Source of the DNA: Nageia nagi
Taxonomy: Eukaryota; Plantae; Pinophyta
DNA length: 64,000 nt
Assembly: GCA_050084985.1 (NCBI GenBank)
Contig: JBITNC010000001.1
Location: 43,028,001 to 43,092,000 of the forward strand
Direction: 5' to 3'
A model generated the notes under the pieces. It worked only from the letters and a program-made list of their open reading frames with translations, did not search any database and was not told where the DNA came from. Position numbers and translations under genes: made by a program. Below, in pieces: positions 23,501-35,500 of this stretch (position 1 is the stretch's first letter; each line of letters starts with the position of its first letter).

Positions 23501-26500
23501 CAAGTGGGGGAGAACCCTCTCGCTATCGCTCTCACAACCATGGTGCAAGTGGAAGAACCCGACTAGGTACAACAAGAGCTAGTATGATTGAGAGGATTCG
23601 CGAGGGAATGAAACAGGATCCACAAGCCGATGGAATGATTAGCTCAGTGGAGAAGTTTGCTCATGTTAATCGGCTAAGCACGTTTAAGTTGCGTGATGGG
23701 TTGCTATTTTATGCCCCGAATAGAATCTACATTCCAAAATGGGACAAGTTTTGAAAGGAATTCATGAGGGAGTGCCACGATGCACCTTGAGTAGGTCATC
23801 TGGAAAGGGATAGAACGTTAGCCTTGCTGTCCAGCGGGTTCTACTGGCCCAACATGTTCAAAGATGTGGAACAATATGTGAAGAGTTGTTTAATGCGCCA
23901 GCAAGACAAGATCGAGAGAAAACTACCCTCAGGTTTATTACAACCCCTCCTAATTCCAGTGAGACCATGGGTTAGTGTCAGCATGGATTTTATTACCAAC
24001 CTGCTAGAAGTGAATGGGCTCACAAGCATCATGGTGGTAATGGATAGATTCTTTAAGTATGCGACCTTTGTCTCATGTAAACAACCTTGTGAGGCATCAG
24101 ATGCAACACAGTATTTCTTTAAGTATGTGGTGAAGTACTGGGGCATTCCACTCAACATTGTGTCATATAGAGATGCCCACTTCACAAGTAGTTTCTGGTC
24201 TCAGTTGTTTAAGACCATGGGTACAAAGTTGTTGATGTCCACTAGACACCACCCTCAGACTAATAGACACACCGAGAGAATAAATGAATTGTTAGAAGAA
24301 TACTTGAGACACTATGTTACAGCAGATCAGACTAATTCGCCAAACCTTTTGGACATGGCACAGTTTTGCTACAATAGCCAGAAGTCATCTGCTACCAAGT
24401 ATTCTCCTTTTGAACTAGCAACGAATAGACAATCTATTGCTCCGCACTCAATGTTGTTGGAATATTATAATGTAAACCCGTCTACAACCATGTACTTGAG
24501 ACAATGGCAAGAAAGGATAGATTGCGCTATAGAATATTTGCTGCAAGCGTAAGAGCGAATGAGAAAAGAAGAAAATAAAAGGCATCGAGACTTAGTGCTA
24601 AATGAGGGAGACAAAGTCTTTCTCAAGATCGCTGGAGATCACTTTAATTCAACGCCTGGTACATCAAAGTCCCTTACCCTATGGTACGAGGGATCCTTCA
24701 AGATTGTTAAGTGTGTGGGGAAAGTGGCGTATAGGTTGCAATTGCCTAGCCATATGCATATGTATCTAGTGTTCCATGTGAGTCAGTTGAGACCAGTGAT
24801 CAAGGATAGAGGAAATTCGGAACGAATGCATCAGACCCAACCACCTGCAGGTATTACAGACAAACCAGACATAGTGGTCAGTGTGATAAAGGGTGTGATA
24901 ACCAGAGGCACTGGGAGAACCAATTTCACCAAGCACTATGTTGGTTGGGAAGGCCGCCCTATAGATGATACTTGAGAACGTGTCGAAAGCCTCTAGAAAT
25001 ATGAGGATAAGATCCAAGAGTTCCTCACGGAAGAGCACCTGGACACGGGATTCTACTGAGTGAATCCACCTTGGCTATCAGGACTTCCCACCTCGACAGG
25101 ATAGAGCTGAATGGATCATTCCTCCTACCTTGAGCTTAGGCAAGGTTTGATCAAGGGAACTTGGTGATGTTACCACAGGTGCTCGATACCGATCCGTCGA
25201 CAAGGCAGTATTGGACACCGCTTTCAAGGTTGTAAAGCCGAGAAGGTCATTGACGTGGACGTCAACACTCTCTAAGTGGGGAGAATGTGAGAAGGCAACC
25301 TCTCATGACCCCGGGGTGGTGAGTGGACTTAGAGCACAACCTCTAGTACACAGGGATCCATTCCGAACATGACTACCATGGAGAGGAACCATGACGGACT
25401 ATGTGAGGTTGTCCGCTCCTATGGTTGTATTAACAAGGCAGTTAGGGTGAATAAAGCTCAAGGGTACCTTAGGAGTGAAACCCGCATGAAGGTCGTTGGT
25501 TGGGAGGTGAGCTGGGGACCCTATGGGTTCCCATTGGTGATGCGTGGTAAAAGGATTCCTGTAGCCCGAGGGGCTAGGATGAGTCATAAAGGTGTGAGGC
25601 CTTTGGCACCATGTAACTACGAGATTGATGGATGGTGTATGAGGCTTAGCCTGGATAGGCCATCGAGGGCCTATATACGGGCTGCCGCACGGTACTATGA
25701 GTGAGCCATGCCCCAAGGGGTGGCTCAAGCTGGTAAACAATATTGGCTGACAATCTAACTCGGTTATGATTAGATCGGAAGTGCCTGTCATAGCATCCTT
25801 ATCCATTTGTGGTGTGAATGGAATAACTTTCTATCCATTTGGTATGTAAGTGAAAAACTTTGTCGTATCAAATTACTGTACAAAATATGCTATAGCATTA
25901 ATGGTCTATATTTAGATCTGAAGCATCTTTGTTGTAAACCGTTGATGAACTTTTAAGCCCTTATAAATAGAGGCTTTGGCTTACGAGTTAATCAATCGGT
26001 ATGAGTGCTTTCAGTCAGTCAATCTTAGAGTTTGTGAGTCTTAAAGAAAACTTTCACACAACTTGCAATTCATAAAACCAAAGAAATCATTTGAGCTTTT
26101 GAAGTTAACTTATTGAAAAACGATCACATTAAAAATGAAAAGAAAACTATTTCACTCCATCCCTACAGCAGACCTTCGCAAGAGCTTGTCTTCCCTCATC
26201 AAACCGTCTCCATCTTGAAAAGGCTGAAACTATCCGAGATGCGACCTGTCATTATGATACAGTTTTTATAATCACAATATTAGACTTGCTAGCTATGAGA
26301 CCTGCAGTACCAATAGCATTATTACAGTATGTCCAAAATAATAACACTCAGATAATTGATCATTAAACTTACTTGGGGATTAAGTTTATCCAGCTGCAAT
26401 ACAACGTCTCCAACAAGTTCATAACCAGAACCATCTTTTGCATGGAAATTAACAGCACAACTACAAAATCCTCCAAAAAGGGAGTAAACCTGAGGAACAA

Positions 26501-29500
26501 AATAATGACCTTGAGTATTAATACTTTGATATATGTCTTTTAATGAAACATATAATTTTAAAGCTACCTGAAACAAAGAACCCATTAACATGGTTATGAA
26601 AAGTTGAAAACAGCAATTCATGTGGGCACCAAAACACTCATGCAGTTGGAAGAAAACACAATACTACGGCTGTAAGAAAGTTTACAAACAGAGGCAAGTT
26701 AATTTTGTTTTTTTTTCATTTCAGATTTAGAAATTCAATTTACATCTCCAGAAAGGCAAATACAGAAGACTAAATCATAGTTACAGCTTTGATTAATCGG
26801 AGTACGGACAGAGAATAGTAACAACTGTAAGAATAATAGGATGAAGACGGATGAAAACATGCAGTTCATCTTCTCCTTTAAGTGCTGTTCATCTCACCTT
26901 GTTAGGATTTCGTATGTCAAAGGCAGGATGCTCCATCAAACTTTTTATATTCTTGACATTGCCTGGAATATCTGAGACTGCTTGTAAAGCTAGCCACTTG
27001 TTAATTACCTGGAATTCAAAAAGGTCATAAAATAATCTCAATAAAAAAGAAATTAACAGACATTATACCAATTGCCAAAGGAAAATATTAACAATACCAA
27101 GACAATCAAAAAATTGTTTTCCACTAAAACCATTGGTAATAATCACAGAAATGTCTCAGAAATCAACTGAAGCTACTATGACTTATAAAGATAATGAAGG
27201 AAAATATTACCAAGGCATCTCCTTCCCATTTCTGATAAAAATCAGACAAAACATCAGTTCGAACATCACCAGGGTTCTGAGCTATAGCAGCTAAAGCTGC
27301 AAATTGCTCAGTCATGTTTGTTGCAGACTTGTACTCATCTAATGCAAGTTCTGTCATTTCGGGATCTTCTAGCGAGGCAAGATAAGCTGATTCATTAAAA
27401 GAGATTCAATTAGATAAGCAGATTTTCATCCCTTAGTGTAGTCAAGCATATTGAATTATTTTTAAGAAAATGCTGATAACCTTACCAAGAGAGGTGTTTT
27501 TCAAAGCACGCCTTGCCATACTCTTATGAATAGGTTTGTATGACTCTGAGCTTCGATTATTTTCAACCTACGAACCAGGTGAGCACACTAGTGAGCAATC
27601 TCAATATCAAATGATAGTTGCACAATCAACGAACAGAAATTTTCTTATCCAAGATTCATGTCATGATATCTGCACTCATATGCTATATTATTCTGCAATA
27701 AATTCATGTTATCATCATATCTCCTACATTGCTTGAAAAAAAAATGCTTCCCTGGCCCCTACACACCAACATTGAGGAATACGTCCAATCTTATCAAATA
27801 GGAATTCCACTATGTTAAAACCACCACAAATTATCAATGTTGCAAGTGAAAGGTTGCTTCCAATAAATCTTCAAAGCCAACAACATTGAAAGCATAAAAT
27901 TCAATAACCCTAGGTGATGGTTGTCAAATCAAAAAGGATCCATATAGTAGTATTATTTCGAGTAACTCCCCAAAAGATAAGTCAATTTTGTCATGCAAAA
28001 GTTAGGAAGGTAATAGAACCACCTATGTAAATTAAAATCTAATAACTATTTGTAATTTGCAAATTAAAATTGTGAACAAAATGCCCATAGAGCCAATGCA
28101 TCTACTAACTATTTGTAAATTAAAATCTACTACTTTAACTTACTGATATTAGTTTCATGAGAAATGATTGAGATACATTTTCCCATCAATATCCTCATCA
28201 TCGACTTCAATTTGCACGCCGGCATAGCTATTACACAAAAATTGTTTTAAGTGAGTGCCATAAAAACAATTCCTAGTTTGTCCTTCCTTGGAAGCCCATG
28301 GGGTCTACATGAACAACATGATCATTCATTAGAGGTGAAGGAAGAGCTTGCCACACCTAAGTTGCAAACACAATCTCTAAAGAAAAAATGTTTGGGTTGA
28401 AAGGGATGCAAATTTAATCCTTGATCTTCTGGCTCTGTTGATTGTGGCAAAGCAAAGGCATTAGGTTTTGAAACTTCAGATGGCAATGGTGATATGGGCT
28501 AGCAAGGGTTAAGATTTGAACCAACTCTTTCTCAGTTAACACTTTTTTGTTAACAATAGCTGTCCAACTCTAATGTCCCAAATATTTTCCAACCTTGTAT
28601 ATAATGTCCTTTCGTATTTTTGGAGTCATTGTAAACCCTAGAAGAAAGACATCTACCCTTGAGGGGTTATTTGGGAGTGTTTGTTGTGTTTTATTGTCAA
28701 AGTTGTGTTAGTATATAGGTTAGTATAGTTAGTCAAAGTGTTAGGAGGGTTTTTGTGTCAAAAACAAAGTTATATTATATGCATTTGATAAAGTGACTTT
28801 TTGAAAGTTATTATTATTATTATTTCTCTTATTTCTTCATTGTGTGGATCCCAGATGACTTAAGTATCTTTAAATGATCTCAACATGAGATTATATCACA
28901 GCCATAGCATCTTATAAGATCTATCTAAACCCTCCATAGTTCAATCTAAGGCTAGGATTTATTCTCAAATTAGAGTGTGAGGTATAAATGTGTTTTAGGG
29001 CTTCATTTGTTGTTGATGATGTCTTGGATATTGGATTGAAGAATACTTAGTATTCTTGGGCTCTTGGAGACTGCTGGAAGTGTCTCTCAAATATTTGGAG
29101 TTCCCATTGGATCAATTCCAGTGGAGGCTAAACCAACTAGCTATCTACCCAATTGGATCTGACAAATACATATCAAGGTTTGTGATTTGGGTATATACTT
29201 TGTGAAGCAAACTGAAGCATAATTCCAGATCTGCCTATTGAAGGGCAAATCAGAAGGTTTTGAGGAGTACTCTAGCAATTGGAGGCTACCATAATGTGAC
29301 GTTAGCCTAAAGGGAGCAGATTTTAAAGGTAAAAGGGGCAACATTGTTCTAAGCAACTAGATGTCTACCCTAGGAGAGCAATTTTGCAGTTTTGAAGTGC
29401 TAATATCAGCTCAGAAAGCAAGATGTTCTAACTATAGGCAAATAGAATCAGTTTGCAGGTTTGCTTTGATATCTAGAAGGGTTTTCCAATTGGATCTATG

Positions 29501-32500
29501 TGTGATTTACCATTTTTAGTAATTGTATTTGCAATGAGGATTTGGTGTGTGAAGAATAATAAATAAAAATACAAAATTTCAGATGTGTTTATTTGCAGTA
29601 TTTCTGTTCTGGCTATTTTATAGTCAATCACTTTGGGCTTAAACTTGTTAAATCATCCATTATTGATAATAGTGAGAACCAACTTGCACATCCATATGCT
29701 CCTCCAAATCTTGAGATAAATCAATTTCAATGCACACGTATTGCTATGGTCAAGCAGAGTAAAAATGCACCTATTCAATGCAAATAAAACAGCCTAAGGC
29801 CTTAGCCACATGCTCCATATATGGAAACAAAAGCAATGATAAACTACGGAATTCTACCTAGATTGGAATTTAAGGGAAAAATGATCAAGAACAACCACCA
29901 TGGTTAATAATAGCATCACAATGCTCAACAGCAGTAAAACAAAAATGAAAAAAACCTTGGTCAAATTTTGCACATCTAATTTAGTTCTGCGAGAACCCCA
30001 AGTGGAATAATCCAAAGTAAAATGCTCAAGCCAATCACATTCATTTTCAAAATCTTGAACAGGAAACAAAACATGTGTGATAATATCAGTACCAAATTGA
30101 GCTCTTATGGCTGCTGCAATAGAAGTTGCAGGCCCATCCAAAAAGGCCCAGATAATAAACCACCTTCAAGCAAGGTATATTATTAATGCAAAGATTAAAT
30201 CTATCCTCTCTTCTCCAATTTTTTAATTTTAACAAATACCACTTCATGCAAAGTAAGAGTTTTTGACTTTGAACCTATGCCTCTCGCGTTTACACTATCG
30301 TCGAACATACCCCACCCATTCGTTTCTCCCAACCCCCCACTTCGGACTTCTTCTCTCCCCCCTCATCCATTCTACCATTCAAAGACTTCCAAAAAATCTT
30401 GAGACATTGAAAACCTCCAAGCAAAATTCCTTAAACAAGCCAAATTCATCCTTCGCCTCTTTCTCTCAAAGATGTTCAACAATGTTATTTGTTCAGGTTT
30501 TCTATCTACTTGGACCTCCAAAAACATCCACCTCATCTTCAGATCCGGCAATCCCAATGAACCAAGCAATTACTACACCATCATAATGCCACGCCATGGC
30601 CAAGCTTTATGCCACAAACATTGAGGGGTGCATTCAGAGATGGCAAATGTTGTTCCGTGCAGACGATCAAGCAAGCTTTCATAGAGATCACCACACCACT
30701 AACCATATTTTTACTCTCAAGGCGATTACTGAGGAGGCTATATTTTGGAAGTCACCAGTATTTTGTTGTTTTGTAGACTTTAGTAATGCCTTCGATACAG
30801 TATCCCATCATAGGCTCATAGATCGACTTCAACGACTGTGTATGCCAAAGACCATACTCTTAGCTATATTGACTCTACATGAGACTCCTCAAATCATGCA
30901 TGTACCTCAAAGGGACTCTCAGACAACACAATTGGGTGAAACAAGGGTGCACCCTCTCCCCTACTTTATTTGCTCTTTACATTGATGAGTTGAAGTCCTG
31001 TATCCTAAAGTCCACTGATCCTGAGTTAGGTTGTTTTTTCCATGGCGGTTGGGTATCCATCCTACTTTTTGTTTACGACATTCTGTTACTCACCCACTCA
31101 CTAAAGGTTCTATGAGGCTTGATAGTTACTCTAGATTCCTTTGGTGCTAGATAGGAGCTTGTGGTGAACCTTAGCAAGACTAAGGTAATGGTTCTCAACG
31201 TATTGAAAGCCACACTGGATCAGACCCAAATCACCTTTCTTGACAACATCATCAAGATCACCTACTCCTACACATACTTGGGAGTGCTCTTTTTGAACCT
31301 CAAGTTCTCCATGAGAGCAACAACCCCACCCAAAGTTCGTAGAGGTTATGCAGCAGTATCCACCTTGGAGGGACAATGCACCCAATTACTTAGAACATCC
31401 ATCCAAGTTAGACCTATCTCAGTCACTAGTCATATCCATAAAATTTTGTATGGGATTGCAGTATGGGGTACCTACCTAGGAGTAGCAAATCGGACCATGA
31501 TAGAGAGGATCTTGGGCCATAGCCCTCTTCCTCCACCTTCACAGTTTATCCAACCACGAAGGTGATAGAGCTAGACTCCTTTGAAGAGCTTTAGCTTCCT
31601 CGATCGACCTAGCCAACTAGGGTTGTCATCATTGACACCCAAGTTGGATCATTATGCACAACATTATCTTCAAATCGATAGAGGCTTGATCACCCCACCT
31701 AGCTACATCAACCTACATCACCCTCTTGGATTGAGGGTGCTTCTTGGAGAGTTTCAATTATGCTCACACCAACCGAGGATTGAGACGGACAATCACATAG
31801 CCCGAGATTTACAAGTTTGTTGCCTTTGCTCTTTGTGACTGAGTTCAAAGACCATTTTGTGTTTCGATGCCCAGAATACTACGAGATCAGAGGTCAATAT
31901 CATTGCCTCTTACGAGACTCACAATTCATTGACTGCATTACTAGTGATTAGAGATTGGTATCAATGTGGCCTAGCTCTATACTTTAGAGAGACCTCCCTT
32001 CTACGAAGACACCTTTTGCATGTTCCCAACAACCAAGAAAGCACCGTTGTATTACATCCTATTTTAGAGCCTCTTCTCATGAAGGAGCTCATAGGAGATG
32101 ATGAGATGAAGCTCCAAACCCCCTTCATTGCACCAAGAAACATATCCAAGACATCCAAGCCTTGTTGAAGACTTGATAGATCATATCCTTCTCCTCCAGA
32201 AGCAATACCACAAACACAACACCTAAGGACCAGCATGATCTCTCGCTGAGGTAGAGAGCACCACCATGCCTTCCCCCAATAGAGAGGTCCAAGATGGCCT
32301 CTCTCTAGTTGGATTTGATTTTTGTTTCGCCCTCTTATTAGGTTTTGGATCTTTATGTACGATTGTATATGATTATATCACATTTTTTATGCTTTCTTTA
32401 GATGTTGCCCGATGGGGCTTCGCTGGTTTCATGAGCATAATTGTGCTCGATAGTCCAATTAACCACTTTTGGTCACCCGAGGAGATTAAAAAACTTTTTC

Positions 32501-35500
32501 TTTCTTCACAAATATTCATTACTTATATCCTAGTTTATCTTTTCTGTGTGCTAAACAAAAGAGATTAAGCTGTGAATTTCACTTACAGCTTGGAGAAACT
32601 CAGTACGCAATTCAAATGCAAGTTGCTTAATAACAAAACGACGAACTGTGTGAACAGCATCTGGATCAGCAACATCCATGAGATCCATGATTTCTCCCTC
32701 TCCAGGTAAGGTTATTGCCTTCGCTATAAACTCCTGGTCTCCAAAAAAAAGGAAATTAATTAGTAAAAATAGTAGATGTTCTCTATGTTATAGTAAACAT
32801 ACAGCACGTTATCAGCTTACTTTGTCCAAACTAGAATCACAAAGAATACGCTTTAGTCCCATCACAAACTTTGGATCAACAGTCAAAGGTTTATTCTCCT
32901 GTGCACAATCTACAAGAGCAAGCATAAGCTTTCTTGCCAATGTTTGCCCAGCCTCCCATCTGAAAGAACAAATGAAATCCATAAATCTATATGAAAAAAC
33001 TAAGATTATATCAAAACAACAAATTACAAGAATTCTGTCCTTTTATTTATAATTGTATTATTGCTCACCTATTAAATTCATCTGAATCATTGGCAAGAAG
33101 AAAGAACAAATCATCATTACTGATATCTGAAACAAGACGCACAGGAGCACTAAAATTGCGTAGTAGAGATGGCACTGGCTGTTCAGGAACATTATCAAAG
33201 ACAAATTCCTCTTCTTCCTGCATCCAATAGTAAGAAATTTAATCAAAGAAAGCACATCCACAAAGTTTAAAGCAGTTTTCTTCAAATAGAAACATGCAAT
33301 TAAATAAATCAAATTCCTAGCATTAGCATACATCTTGTACTGTATAAATCATCCAGCCCTAAAGGTAAAAGCTGATAGACAAACAAGATAAAAACCTCAC
33401 CTTTTCAACACGGAGTACAACCGTTGAAACAGAATGACCTTCATATGCAACAGAAAAAATCGATCCTTCTTTAGTTGATGATGAAAGAGGCATATCTTTT
33501 CCTTTAGAGTCCAACAATCCAACAGCCACTGGGATAAACATTGGCTCTTTAACTGGTTGACCAGGAGTAGCTGGAATTTCTTGCCTACAAAAAATATAGA
33601 TAACATATAATTTTAATGTGCAGCAGCTTGAAACAGAACTATAACAATACATTTTACAAAGGCTTCATCAAATACTGCAGAAAAAATAATAAAAATCAGA
33701 TAAAATCTTAAAAGCGAATTCTCCATACGCTCATTATTTTACCTGAACTTGAGTGTGTATGTGCGTGCTTCTAAATCATAGGATGATGTCACTTTCAGAA
33801 CAGGAGTACCAGCTTGTGAATACCTGCCTCATGAGCATGATCTTGCTTAAAGCCCAAAATATAGCAAACTGCACAACACTTTCAAAGAAATCATGCAACA
33901 CATACCATCGCAAGAAATTAGAAAAATTTGCATCGTTTGCATCACGCATAGCAGCGAAGAAATCTTCACAAGTTACTGCTTGCCCATCATGTCTCTGGAA
34001 GTAAAGATCCATTCCCTGAAAAAGAAAATGGAATCCTTAAAAGCTTACATAAGGAAATGTTAATATTTCAAAATTTACCTTTGACCCAGCACTTGCAAAA
34101 TATAAAATGCGGAGTCCCCAGTAAATAATGTCAAGGAATTGAAGTTAAATAAACAGAATGGAGGTTTAACTCAGACACGAGATTATGAGCAAATAAGCCC
34201 AGAATCTTTTCAATCTCCCAAGAAAAAAAAAAAAACAAAATGCAGGAAATTGAGAAAGTTGAACAATTTGCCCATTGTACTTTTAAAAATCAAACAAACC
34301 ACAAAACTAATCATCTGCAACTAGAAAGAAAGAAAGTATATTAACATCATGGGAGACCAAGAGCGATAACTATGGTCTACAACAGTATAGTGGGTCACTA
34401 CATAGCATGTATGTCTCGTAGTGAAACTCGAACATGGGACACAAGTCGCAAAAGGGGTAACACATGACCAACCCAACCAACAATCAAGAAAATAAAGTTA
34501 TAATTTTGAAAAATCATGATCCTGAGGAAAGGTGCAGTCCAAGAAATTGGTAGGATTACTATAGAATGGTTCAACTCCTCTATAGGAGAATAATGATATT
34601 TGTCTCGCACAACATAAAGGGCACTCATGCCTAATGAGTCAAAATATGGAATTCAATTGCTTTTGATGCAGATGGAGCTTCAAAAGATTTGGCTTGTTGC
34701 TGGAAAATATTGAAAATTAAGTTGAAAGCTTTATTCTCTGACGATGGTATTAAAGGTAACACACTATATCAAACTTGATTTCTAATCTCATAAATGTATA
34801 TAGCCCCCAAGCTAGAGGAGCTAAGCTACGTGTGAATATAGTGGAATGGGTTACAAACAAGTTAACAATTATATTAGTCAAAATAGGATGATAAACATAG
34901 GTGATTTTAATTAGGAACCAAGCTTCTTGGTTGATTTTTTGCCCAACTAGAGAAGTTCTGGACAGAGAATCAACAGAGATAAATTCAAAGCTTGCTTCAC
35001 TAATACCCAAGATAGAATTAGACAAGGATATGTAGTGTGCTTTGCAATTCAAAGATGTTATGGAAAGATGATGCTTTGGAATTCAAACATGTTATGGAAA
35101 GATGGTATATAGATTTCAAAAGAAATTTTTCACGGTGGAAAGAGAAATTGTTATACATTAGCAAGGAGAATTCAATTAATAAAAACAACTTTGCAAGCAA
35201 GCACAATCTATTTCTTGTCTTTATTGTGGCTTCAAAGATCAATTGAGATTGGAACAAAAAAGCATCAAAAGTGATCCCTGGTACGCTAAGAATCAATTTG
35301 TAGACCATTGAGTACAGAACTTGGGTTGCTACCATTATCAGTAAAGAACAAAACTTTGATAAGTAAGCTTATTTCAAGGATTTTTAAGAAGGATAATAGA
35401 CCATGGTCCAAAATTATACAATCTGAATATCTGAGATTCTGAATAGTGAGGATGTACCAAAGGTTAAGATAAAACATAAGGGATTGAAGAAAGTCTACTT

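Noticed and set aside
28436-29630. Possible solo LTR
   Set aside because: LTR-like composition but no convincing matching termini or TSD
29854-30141. 95-aa minus-strand ORF as an extra exon or nested gene
   Set aside because: The aminopeptidase is complete without it and I recognise no motif; probably TE debris
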